From: a virus
Lineage: Duplodnaviria > Caudoviricetes
Direction: 5' to 3' (one strand)
IMG/VR virus record: IMGVR_UViG_3300032328_000042
Location: 1 to 31,587 of that record
DNA length: 31,587 nucleotides
The notes below the pieces were generated by a model. It was not told the DNA's origin. It did not search any database and worked only from the letters and a program-made list of their open reading frames with translations. The translations under genes were made by a program, and so were the position numbers. This document shows positions 24,239 through 31,587 of the stretch, piece after piece. Each line of letters begins with the position of its first letter. The stretch's first letter is position 1.

Positions 24239-24708
24239 TTCATGTTCCTTATTTCGTTGTATTGGTCAATACAGGCGTTGAGACTGCGGATGGCTTGATC
24301 TCCTCGGCTGGCGAGATCGACAAGAGATTCAGCAATTCTTGGGTCAAGCTCGGCTCTTGTTTCTGTATCTCCAGCGGGAGCGGGGGTATCTTCGGTGGCT
24401 GATACGGCGCACTCGGGGACTTGGATAGGAACGAACAGCTTGAGCTTGCTAGACACAATATCATTGCGTAACTTAGCTTCTTTGACTTTTGCAGCATCAT
24501 TGGCTTTCTTTAAAGTTTGTCCATACGTCTGTGCCACTTGCGCCATTGCTTGTTCAGTTTCTCTAGCCTTGGCGTTTAATGCGGCCATTTCAATCTGCTG
24601 GCGGTCATGCTCATTGTCTTGACCTTTTGTGTACGATACCGCACCAACGCCCAAAAAAGCACAAATTAGGACAAGCAAAACCCAAGGATTAAATAGGCTT
24701 AACATCAT
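24235..24708 (-). CDS. Rz-like inner-membrane spanin
   Basis: N-terminal TM helix, coiled coil, RGDQAIRSLNACIDQY C-terminus. Confidence 0.8.
   Translation of the reverse strand: MMLSLFNPWVLLVLICAFLGVGAVSYTKGQDNEHDRQQIEMAALNAKARETEQAMAQVAQTYGQTLKKANDAAKVKEAKLRNDIVSSKLKLFVPIQVPECAVSATEDTPAPAGDTETRAELDPRIAESLVDLASRGDQAIRSLNACIDQYNEIRNMK
24249..24500 (-). CDS. Rz1-like outer-membrane spanin embedded in Rz
   Basis: Alternate frame fully inside Rz; basic N-terminus, hydrophobic stretch, lipobox-like Cys (LASSSC), Pro-rich mature part. Confidence 0.65.
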   Translation of the reverse strand: MMLQKSKKLSYAMILCLASSSCSFLSKSPSAPYQPPKIPPLPLEIQKQEPSLTQELLNLLSISPAEEIKPSAVSTPVLTNTTK

Positions 24709-24958
24709 CTGCTTTCAACATGGCATCGGTCTTGTCTTTACTAGATTTGCTTGAGCCGTAGAAGAACGAAATGATGGTGGCCACTGCCGTACCCAACAGA
24801 AACCCAAGAATGATGTTGGCAAAGTCTCTGCCGCCTTCGGGCAACAAAATAAAGGTTACGGCGAAAAAGTAAAGAACAGAAGTTGACGCCCAAAACCACG
24901 CATAGTAGTAAATAAAATGCTTTGCTGTCTTGTCATTTGGATCTATCGGTGCTTGCAT
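24689..24958 (-). CDS. Holin candidate (two TM helices)
   Basis: Two hydrophobic helices and IISFFYGSSKSSKDK motif; upstream of spanin and endolysin. Confidence 0.65.
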   Translation of the reverse strand: MQAPIDPNDKTAKHFIYYYAWFWASTSVLYFFAVTFILLPEGGRDFANIILGFLLGTAVATIISFFYGSSKSSKDKTDAMLKADDVKPI

Positions 24959-25241
24959 CTTTTTCTACCTCCGATTTTTTAATTAACCTTTGAACCACTT
25001 CTTGCTGTCGCTTTGTTTCTTTCTTCGTTTCAAGGATATCTAAGTACATAGATCCAATGATGGGTAGCAGTAGACCAAAGACAACCACCATAGAAATGAA
25101 TGCAATTATGAATCCCATCTCACTACTTTCATTTGGTGGATTGCTAGGAATAGGAGCTGGAGGTATATAAAAACGATCATCACTGCCGCTATTATTAACG
25201 CTCTGTCTTGCAACTGGTTTAGCATTCTTCGCCGTTGCCAT
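24933..25241 (-). CDS. Single-pass membrane protein in the lysis region (alternative start 25118)
   Basis: TM helix FIIAFISMVVVFGLLLPIIG followed by a charged coil; the long form overlaps the upstream gene by 136 nt. Confidence 0.55.
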   Translation of the reverse strand: MATAKNAKPVARQSVNNSGSDDRFYIPPAPIPSNPPNESSEMGFIIAFISMVVVFGLLLPIIGSMYLDILETKKETKRQQEVVQRLIKKSEVEKDASTDRSK

Positions 25242-25645
25242 GCCACCACCCTGTCCTTTGCTTCCTGTTCTAGCCTTTCCTTTTCTTGCTCCTCGTTGAG
25301 TCTTGCATACTCTTCTTCAAACCTTGACCAAACCGCACCCAAGGCTGGATCAACTTGATAGATCAGGAATTCTCTTAGCTCAACTGACTGTCTCTCCAAT
25401 TCGATTTGGTTGAAGACATTGTCAAGGGCCTGCGACTTAAGGGATTTTGCCTTTGGAGGGTTGCGCTTTTGCTCTTCTGCTTCTTTCTTTACTTCTTCAT
25501 GCGCCTCAAAAAACTGACCTATGAAACCCGAAATCTCTTTTGTGATCTTTGCCAGCTCACCGCCTGTTTGCTTTATGTCCTTATAAAGCGCAACGCCTTG
25601 CTTGATTGACGCAATGGCAGCCAGTGCCAGGGTGAATGGGTCCAC
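25106..25645 (-). CDS. Coiled-coil protein with C-terminal TM helix
   Basis: MDPFTLALAA..., charged helices, C-terminal hydrophobic segment. Confidence 0.7.
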   Translation of the reverse strand: MDPFTLALAAIASIKQGVALYKDIKQTGGELAKITKEISGFIGQFFEAHEEVKKEAEEQKRNPPKAKSLKSQALDNVFNQIELERQSVELREFLIYQVDPALGAVWSRFEEEYARLNEEQEKERLEQEAKDRVVAWQRRRMLNQLQDRALIIAAVMIVFIYLQLLFLAIHQMKVVRWDS

Positions 25646-25646
25646 A

Positions 25647-25868
25647 TCATTTGTCTTGCTTGCTGTCTAGTTTGTCAAAGATCTGCTTCAAGATGGCCTT
25701 GATCTCTGCAATGTCAGATCGGTAGTCATCTTTTTGCACATAGCTGTGCGGTAGGTCGTTGACCTTGTCTTCCAGTTTTTGTATTTGTCTAGTTGCGCTA
25801 TTGATCACGTAGACGGCCAAGAATCCAGCAATGCTGAATACGGCGTTGAAGATTTGCTGGTTATCCAT
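25647..25868 (-). CDS. Small membrane/coiled-coil protein (holin/antiholin-like)
   Basis: GAGGTG RBS; N-terminal TM helix; [11 protein letters not shown]...[11 protein letters not shown]. Confidence 0.7.
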   Translation of the reverse strand: MDNQQIFNAVFSIAGFLAVYVINSATRQIQKLEDKVNDLPHSYVQKDDYRSDIAEIKAILKQIFDKLDSKQDK

Positions 25869-26034
25869 TTGTCACCTCATCCGCTGGCAATGGTGTATTG
25901 CCCTCTGCCACCCACTTTAGGTAGACTTGGTAATCGGTGTTGGCGGGGTCAAAGGGAATTGCCGCGCCATCGGCTGTGCGAATAACAGACTTTGCCTCGC
26001 CAAAAATTGGATGTGATACGCATTGTTTATACAT
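25861..26034 (-). CDS. Tail fibre assembly-like small protein (57 aa)
   Basis: Manual translation ...[35 protein letters not shown]; directly follows the tail fibre. Confidence 0.75.
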   Translation of the reverse strand: MYKQCVSHPIFGEAKSVIRTADGAAIPFDPANTDYQVYLKWVAEGNTPLPADEVTNG

Positions 26035-27453
26035 TTATAACTCCGCAGAAAAAGCCACATAGGATGAAGTTGCATTTAAAAAACAATAAACACCTCGACC
26101 AACAACAAGTGCACTATGAAACAATTGTGTGTTTGCAGTCTGTAGACCGCCATAAAAAACACGAGTAGAAGTTACTGTTTGGGCCGTAGAACCATCAAAA
26201 CATACTAACCCTGAAAAGTTAAATGTTGGAACGGCTCTCATTTTGACTGGATAATTCACAACTATATTGGAAAAAGTAACTTCAGTTACGCCTGCGCCAA
26301 GAGGTGTATATTGCGCCTCGCCAGTTCCGTTTTGCCAGTAATATCTTTGTGCAAGAGCAAGCTCAGTCCCATAAGGTCTGTAATCAAAGCTCGTTGCTGT
26401 TGAGCCTTTTTCTAGCTGTACGCCTGTGATGTAGAAAGTAGCGCCGTTTGTGCCTACGACTGATGTTGCACCTGTGGCTGAAAGATTATTATTACCATTC
26501 CATGCCCCTGCTGTTCCGCTAAATGTCGTTCCAACACCCAAGCCAAAGAAAAGTATGAGTCCTGTACTGTTTGTTTTTAGCCATGTTCCTGATGTGTCTC
26601 CTGCAATAGTTACAGACTTTTGCTCCCAAGTATTTGCAACGCTAATTGTGTAAGTAAATGGATAGCTTCTATTACCCGCTTGATTTTGAACACTACCGCC
26701 AAAAGTTCCAGTTAATGAACTTCTAACCCAAAAAGATACTGTTATAGAAACAGCAGAAGCAGTACCAAAATTCAAATCTATTACATTCAGTCCTTCTATG
26801 TTGTACTGTTGAGCAAAGTAATCACTAGAGGCAACAGAGTATGCAGATAAAGATGTTGCTCCTAAATATTTTTCAAATCCCGCTGGCGCAGTTACTGCCC
26901 CTGCATTTTGTTGAACACTATATTTTGATGCTTGGCTTAATCTTGACTGCCATCTATCAAGGGTATAAGCATTGTCAGTAGGAGTAACACTAGCCCCCGC
27001 ATTACGCTGGTCAATCACCATTGCACCATTTATGATGCGGTTCTTGAAGCCAAAGTTGCTTGACGCATTAAATACATCTTTGCCGTTGACATTGGCCGTA
27101 ATCTCGCCAGTACCTTTTGAGATCAACTCAAAGCCAATGTTCGTATCATCGCCTGATGCAGTCAATGTTGGCACACCACCAGTAGCCGCATTAGCCAAAG
27201 TCAACTCATTCACAGCAGACGCTGTAGCAGTCATTTTCAGCAGCTCGTTGCCGTTGGTGTCAATGACATCGCCAACCAACTTCAGTTTCTTACCTGATCC
27301 AATGTTCAAGCCAACTGATGTACCAGTACCAGCAGCCGCAAAGACAGCGTCCACGCTATCTAAGTCGGTATTGATCTTTGTACCCCATGTATCAGTTGAC
27401 GCGCCAACCTCGGGCTTTGTCAACAATAGGTTTGTGGTGGTGGTATCTGCCAT
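26035..27453 (-). CDS. Tail fibre / receptor-binding protein
   Basis: N-terminal anchor LTKPEVGASTDTWGTKIN; KNRIINGAMVIDQR...GVQLEKGSTATSFDYRPYGTELALAQRYY domain. Confidence 0.85.
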   Translation of the reverse strand: MADTTTTNLLLTKPEVGASTDTWGTKINTDLDSVDAVFAAAGTGTSVGLNIGSGKKLKLVGDVIDTNGNELLKMTATASAVNELTLANAATGGVPTLTASGDDTNIGFELISKGTGEITANVNGKDVFNASSNFGFKNRIINGAMVIDQRNAGASVTPTDNAYTLDRWQSRLSQASKYSVQQNAGAVTAPAGFEKYLGATSLSAYSVASSDYFAQQYNIEGLNVIDLNFGTASAVSITVSFWVRSSLTGTFGGSVQNQAGNRSYPFTYTISVANTWEQKSVTIAGDTSGTWLKTNSTGLILFFGLGVGTTFSGTAGAWNGNNNLSATGATSVVGTNGATFYITGVQLEKGSTATSFDYRPYGTELALAQRYYWQNGTGEAQYTPLGAGVTEVTFSNIVVNYPVKMRAVPTFNFSGLVCFDGSTAQTVTSTRVFYGGLQTANTQLFHSALVVGRGVYCFLNATSSYVAFSAEL

Positions 27454-27466
27454 TCTTTAATCCCCT

Positions 27467-28111
27467 TTACGCGGCCTCTTGCCAAGTGACTGAATTGTCC
27501 GACAAATCAGTCCAACTTTCTGATGTGTCTGAAACTGGCGTCCAACTTTCGGATGTGTTTGGTACAGCTCCCCAGCCATATCCAATGATGATGCCAGCAG
27601 CGCCAATAGACTGAACCCCAATTATCCCTATGGATATGACATTTGATGCAGTGCCTACAGCTCCTGTGCCACTTACGCCAGTAATATCTTGGAACGATAT
27701 AACCTCGGCCAATACTGTCCCAACAGCACCAGTGGCTGCATTTCCTGTAACCGCCTTGGTCCTTGTGACGCCAACAGTGCCGACAGCAGTCGTTGAAGCA
27801 TTGCCTAGCAAAGTAATCAAGGCAGACTGAGTGACGCTGCCAACAGACAATGCAGACGCATTACCTGTTATTGCTTGTACATATGTCGGTATTACAGAGC
27901 CAACAGCGCAAGTGGCCGCATTGCCTGTGATGGCAAGAGATATGGTGAATCCAACAGTGCCGACATTACCTGTGGCAATAGTCCCATCTTCTTGGACTGA
28001 TCTGTCAGTAAGGATCGTTCCAACGGCGCCAGTCGCCTGGTTGCCGCTGATGACGACATTCCCTATGCTGTACGCACCTAGACCATAGTAGCCTGTTCCA
28101 TAAGCAGCCAT
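27467..28111 (-). CDS. Repetitive Gly/Thr/Ala/Val-rich virion protein
   Basis: About eight degenerate TGN(A/Q)ATGAVGTV repeats; C-terminal SESWT repeats. Confidence 0.7.
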   Translation of the reverse strand: MAAYGTGYYGLGAYSIGNVVISGNQATGAVGTILTDRSVQEDGTIATGNVGTVGFTISLAITGNAATCAVGSVIPTYVQAITGNASALSVGSVTQSALITLLGNASTTAVGTVGVTRTKAVTGNAATGAVGTVLAEVISFQDITGVSGTGAVGTASNVISIGIIGVQSIGAAGIIIGYGWGAVPNTSESWTPVSDTSESWTDLSDNSVTWQEAA

Positions 28112-28124
28112 ACCGCTGCCCCAG

Positions 28125-28580
28125 TTAAGCCAGCCTGATCAGGCCAGTGCTTGCATCATTGGTCGGCATTGTCAGCGTGAACGTCCCAGCAGTCACTGTC
28201 TGACTACCGAATGTGTGGACGCTAACCGCCTTGTTTGACTGAGTCGAGTTATAGATCAGGACCGCGTCAAAGGCCGTAGACAAAGTTACCGCAGAGTAGC
28301 TGATGCTGGCGCTGGGCGTCACAAACGCTGTAGTGCCACTGGTGCTTGGCGCAGTGCCAAATGTCACTGTGACGCCGCCTGCGGTGTAGCCTGTGCCTGT
28401 CACCTCATTTGTTGAGCTGTAGGCTGTGGTGGCCGCGTTGACAGTGGCAGAGGCCAAGTACAAGGCAGCCTTGAAAGTGTCTGCTGTAGTGGCAGCGCGG
28501 ATGACGCCAGTGCCAAAGTTATGGTGGCCGACAAGCAGCTCGCCCTTGAAACTGGTACACATTGCTTGCGTATTAGCCAT
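28125..28580 (-). CDS. Thr/Ala-rich virion structural protein
   Basis: MCTSFKGELL...DTFKAALY...NEVTGTGYTAGG...LIRLA pattern; AAGGG RBS. Confidence 0.7.
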   Translation of the reverse strand: MANTQAMCTSFKGELLVGHHNFGTGVIRAATTADTFKAALYLASATVNAATTAYSSTNEVTGTGYTAGGVTVTFGTAPSTSGTTAFVTPSASISYSAVTLSTAFDAVLIYNSTQSNKAVSVHTFGSQTVTAGTFTLTMPTNDASTGLIRLA

Positions 28581-28590
28581 GATTTATCCC

Positions 28591-28779
28591 TTAAATTTGT
28601 TGACTGATTCCATCGGCAAAGACACTGCGCTTGAGAGCCATATGGACAGATCGATGCACCATCTCACCATCAAGCCAATACTCTACCCAACTGGTTGTCT
28701 CGGTATCGTTGTCCAATGAACCCTCACGCTTCTCAAGCAATGAGTCATCCATCTCGCCCTTGGTGGTAGTAACTATCAT
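28591..28779 (-). CDS. Hypothetical protein (62 aa)
   Basis: ATGA coupling; WVEYWLDGEMVHRSVH motif. Confidence 0.7.
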   Translation of the reverse strand: MIVTTTKGEMDDSLLEKREGSLDNDTETTSWVEYWLDGEMVHRSVHMALKRSVFADGISQQI

Positions 28780-29405
28780 CCAAATGTCCTTGCTCTTGAC
28801 ATAATCGCGCCGCCGGATGTAGAACCACGATCATCTGCAATTTGCAATTGATCTAGTCCTGCCTGATACAGCGATGACCATACAGGTATTCTCGCATCGT
28901 CTTGCAAGTATGGCGCAGCCTGTAAAAGCGATCCATACAAGTAAACATCAGGCGCTTGAGTCAGCAGCCAGTTGGTGGTGTTTGTATTTGATAACTTAGC
29001 CAACTTTGCGTAATAGACCAACTCGGCGGTGTATGCACCATCAGGAATTGGTAGCAGTCGGATTTGACCGCCAACAATACTGAAGTACAAAGGCTTGCCG
29101 CTGGACAAGTAAGTCGTGTTTGACAACGCATCCATTGCGTCAATGGTTTGGAATGTCAAATTGGTAACTGGGTTGGTATTGATCTTGATGGCTTTGACTT
29201 CCAAGAAGTCATCAGGCACTGTGCCATATTCAGCCGCCGCCGCAAATGTTGCATTGGCACGCACAATCATTTGGCGTGTACGCAACTGGCGCTCAATTTG
29301 AGCCTCTGCCAAGCTGACAAAGTCTGAAATGGCAGTTGCCAAATCAGTGCGGTTGAGCCAGTCGCCAACCGAGGTCTTCAGCTCCGCATAAGTCGTGAGT
29401 GCCAT
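28776..29405 (-). CDS. Head-tail adaptor protein
   Basis: TYAELKTSVGDWLNRTDL, NWLLTQAPDVYLYGSL motifs; position after capsid genes. Confidence 0.75.
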   Translation of the reverse strand: MALTTYAELKTSVGDWLNRTDLATAISDFVSLAEAQIERQLRTRQMIVRANATFAAAAEYGTVPDDFLEVKAIKINTNPVTNLTFQTIDAMDALSNTTYLSSGKPLYFSIVGGQIRLLPIPDGAYTAELVYYAKLAKLSNTNTTNWLLTQAPDVYLYGSLLQAAPYLQDDARIPVWSSLYQAGLDQLQIADDRGSTSGGAIMSRARTFG

Positions 29406-30061
29406 CAGGTAACCTTTTCAGTTTCTTGTACTTCACGCATCACCCAAGTATGGTCATGCTTGAATTCAAACATCCCAATGTGGCCAATTTCCTTGCTCAC
29501 ATCGTGATCAATCCATATCTTAAAGCCTGCATCTCTAGCTTTCTTACAGAAGAAAACATCCTCACCAATGTAGCCGCGTTTGTCATGCCGCCAAGGTGTC
29601 TCAAACCAAGGCTCCGACAAAGCTGCAAAGACATTGGCCTTGATAAGCATTACGCCCATACCAACTGAGCCAACCTCTTGCAGGCCAGTCGTTTCGGGCA
29701 TCGTATAAACCAACTCGCGCTCGCCATTCTCTTTGTAAATCTGTGCGGTTGGTCCTGTAGGCATACGTCTGCGAGCGCAGTTTGTAGCCACAATGTCCAA
29801 GTCATGCTCAAGCAAACGCTCAATCATGTCATGCGGAAACCGCATATCTGAATCAATAAAAAGCACATGAGTGCATTTTTCACGCATTGCGTCTAGGCAC
29901 AATTCAGCTCGCTGATTGGCGATAAGCGTACCCTGAGATATTTTCAAACTGATGGCATCATTGGTGTTCAATGTGTGGTTGGCCACCATATTGACAAGAT
30001 CATAGGTAAACATGGTGTGAACCATGTCACGCGCTGGTGTGCATACTGCGATGTATTTCAT
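29405..30061 (-). CDS. GT-A fold glycosyltransferase-like protein
   Basis: THVLFIDSDM (DxD), VGMGVMLI, GEDVFFC, GHIG. Confidence 0.8.
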   Translation of the reverse strand: MKYIAVCTPARDMVHTMFTYDLVNMVANHTLNTNDAISLKISQGTLIANQRAELCLDAMREKCTHVLFIDSDMRFPHDMIERLLEHDLDIVATNCARRRMPTGPTAQIYKENGERELVYTMPETTGLQEVGSVGMGVMLIKANVFAALSEPWFETPWRHDKRGYIGEDVFFCKKARDAGFKIWIDHDVSKEIGHIGMFEFKHDHTWVMREVQETEKVT

Positions 30062-30372
30062 ACTTGTCCTGGTCGTACACGAAAAAATCTGTTCTCTGGA
30101 TCATTCAGCCAACGCTTCATATATTCCTGATCTTCTAGCTTGCCATCTGCTTTGAGCTGTGAATAGATAGACATAGGAATACTTGCAACGCGGTGAAACT
30201 CACCTTTCCAGCCAGCACGTTCATCCACTTGATTGAACTCTTGCTTATTCTCTTCAATGATGTCGGTTACATCCTGCTGAGTCTGAATCGTTGCCTCATC
30301 AGTCTCATTGTTGTAATGCCAGTAGCGTGTGATGCCCTGATCTTTGTCTTCGCTGAATATTCTTTTTTCCAT
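30058..30372 (-). CDS. Conserved head-region hypothetical protein (104 aa)
   Basis: VASIP...WLNDPENRFFR motif; directly after the capsid gene. Confidence 0.7.
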   Translation of the reverse strand: MEKRIFSEDKDQGITRYWHYNNETDEATIQTQQDVTDIIEENKQEFNQVDERAGWKGEFHRVASIPMSIYSQLKADGKLEDQEYMKRWLNDPENRFFRVRPGQV

Positions 30373-30374
30373 GT

Positions 30375-30398
30375 AAAAAAGGGGGGATTTCTCCCCCC
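30375..30398 (-). terminator. Intrinsic terminator after the major capsid gene
   Basis: GGGGGGA-GAAA-TCCCCCC-TTTTTT. Confidence 0.85.
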
Positions 30399-30414
30399 TC
30401 TTCCTTTGCTTCGT

Positions 30415-31377
30415 TTAAGAAGTGATCAAGTCTGCTGCCAGACCATGAGCGTTTTCTGCCAATACTTTGTGACCCCATTCAACCAAAAGCATACGCTTCT
30501 CGGCGTCACCAGTCTTTGCCAACTCAACTTGTTGGTAAGGACGCAGGACAGTCATCTTTGCGTACTCGGGATCGATCACCCAAGCGTCACGCTCGCGCTG
30601 GAAGCGGTTGGGGACGACTTGAACTTGACCAAAATCGCTGACATAGATGTCGGCTGCACCAATGATGGTTGCAGGACGATCACCGCCGTTGATGTTGTAG
30701 CGAGCTGATGCGATGCCAGAGAAACCTGACACGCGCTGCTTGTTGACTGGGCCAACCATCAAAATCTTAGGTGTGCCGCCTTGTGTCCATACTTTTTGAA
30801 TCACATTCTTGAGAATGGTTTCAGTGAAAGTACGCACAGTGCCGTCAGTGCGAGCTGAGTTAGGCAAGGTGGTGTAGCTAGGATTTACGCCGTTGGTGGT
30901 GTCATAGTCCACGTTGGTCTTGATGAAAGCACCCAAAGAAGCAGTCACGCGAGCTGTGGTGGTGTTACCAGCAACAGCAATGCCGCCGTTCAACATCACA
31001 AACTCTTGGTCACGCTTCAATTCAGAACCGCGCTTGGCGATCTGATAGGCCAACTCAGAACGGCGGCCTGCTTTGTTGACAACTTCTTCAGTGTTCGACA
31101 AGACAATAGTCTTGCGTGAAATCTGAGCATAGTTGGTCAAACGGACAGTAGCTGTTACCGAGTTAAAAGTTACATCATCACCTTCAAGCTGTGCGTTAGC
31201 GGCAGCAGAATCCAATGCATCTGTTTGCCATTCAAACAGAGTATTGGTGACGCTTTCGCGGCCAATGTTGGACATATAGGGGGTTTCTTCGGGAGAAATG
31301 TTTGTGATCACATTGCTCAAGTCTTCACGAATACCCTTTGCAGAGTAGGTCGTGAACGTGTTCGTTACGATAGCCAT
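30415..31377 (-). CDS. Major capsid protein (DUF5309-like)
   Basis: GIREDLSNVITNISPEETP, FEWQTD, NYAQI, ELKRDQE, YVSDFG, LAKTGDAEK; AAGGA RBS; terminator downstream. Confidence 0.9.
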   Translation of the reverse strand: MAIVTNTFTTYSAKGIREDLSNVITNISPEETPYMSNIGRESVTNTLFEWQTDALDSAAANAQLEGDDVTFNSVTATVRLTNYAQISRKTIVLSNTEEVVNKAGRRSELAYQIAKRGSELKRDQEFVMLNGGIAVAGNTTTARVTASLGAFIKTNVDYDTTNGVNPSYTTLPNSARTDGTVRTFTETILKNVIQKVWTQGGTPKILMVGPVNKQRVSGFSGIASARYNINGGDRPATIIGAADIYVSDFGQVQVVPNRFQRERDAWVIDPEYAKMTVLRPYQQVELAKTGDAEKRMLLVEWGHKVLAENAHGLAADLITS

Positions 31378-31387
31378 GATTTATTCC

Positions 31388-31587
31388 TTATTTCAAAAGT
31401 TGGAAGATTGCATTGGCCGCATCATCGACACGGCCAGTTTTCGCGACGCGCTGTTGTGCGCGAACTGCTTCAGTCGTATTTGAGACTCTTCCCGCTGCAC
31501 CAGGCTTGGCAGGCCGAGGTCCGTTGTTAGTCACTGGCTTGATGTTGCCCCTCTTGGACATCATCTGGTCGTATAACGCCGCTTTAC
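31388..31587 (-). CDS. Capsid scaffolding protein, C-terminal part
   Basis: Manual translation ...KAALYDQMMSKRG...KPGAAGR...AKTGRVDDAANAIFQLLK*; directly upstream of the capsid gene. Confidence 0.7.
   Translation of the reverse strand, partial: KAALYDQMMSKRGNIKPVTNNGPRPAKPGAAGRVSNTTEAVRAQQRVAKTGRVDDAANAIFQLLK

Noticed and set aside
26035-27453. Diversity-generating retroelement target in the tail fibre
   Set aside because: No reverse transcriptase or template repeat seen in the window
1-31587. tRNA genes, integrase and alternative genetic code
   Set aside because: No cloverleaf or recombinase motifs recognised by eye; genes tile fully under the standard code

Overview
This window holds most of a tailed dsDNA phage genome (about 50% GC by eye) with a short-tailed, P22-like virion gene layout. 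The embedded spanin pair points to a Gram-negative host, and a freshwater betaproteobacterium is likely but is only my inference. Almost all genes are on the minus strand. In transcription order (right to left) they are: scaffold C-terminus, DUF5309-type major capsid protein, a glycosyltransferase, head-tail adaptor, virion and tail-fibre proteins, lysis cassette (holin candidates, Rz/Rz1, M15A endolysin), gp10-like nozzle, gp14-like protein and a five-gene ejection-protein block ending in an ADP-ribosyltransferase-like protein. Next come an accessory/regulatory region (small plus-strand genes, metallophosphoesterase, HExxH protein) and the replication module (Cro-like HTH, RuvC-like, DUF2800, SSB, cytosine MTase, primase-helicase, iteron-like origin). 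The left end has terS, terL, small basic proteins, a second glycosyltransferase and a methyltransferase. No portal, integrase, DNA polymerase or single-strand annealing recombinase is recognisable; the portal probably lies just outside the window. The most striking signal is non-coding. About 330 bp at the terS/terL junction carry a cassette of host chromosome-maintenance sites: two overlapping inverted XerCD dif-like sites, three perfect DnaA boxes, a perfect IHF site and a KOPS octamer pointing toward dif. Also notable are a virion-block ART effector with an AT-rich, apparently swapped C-terminus, a Gly-linker/CFI-box-like C-terminal domain, and leaderless regulators with operator palindromes. 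All family assignments are from motif recognition by eye; no searches were run.
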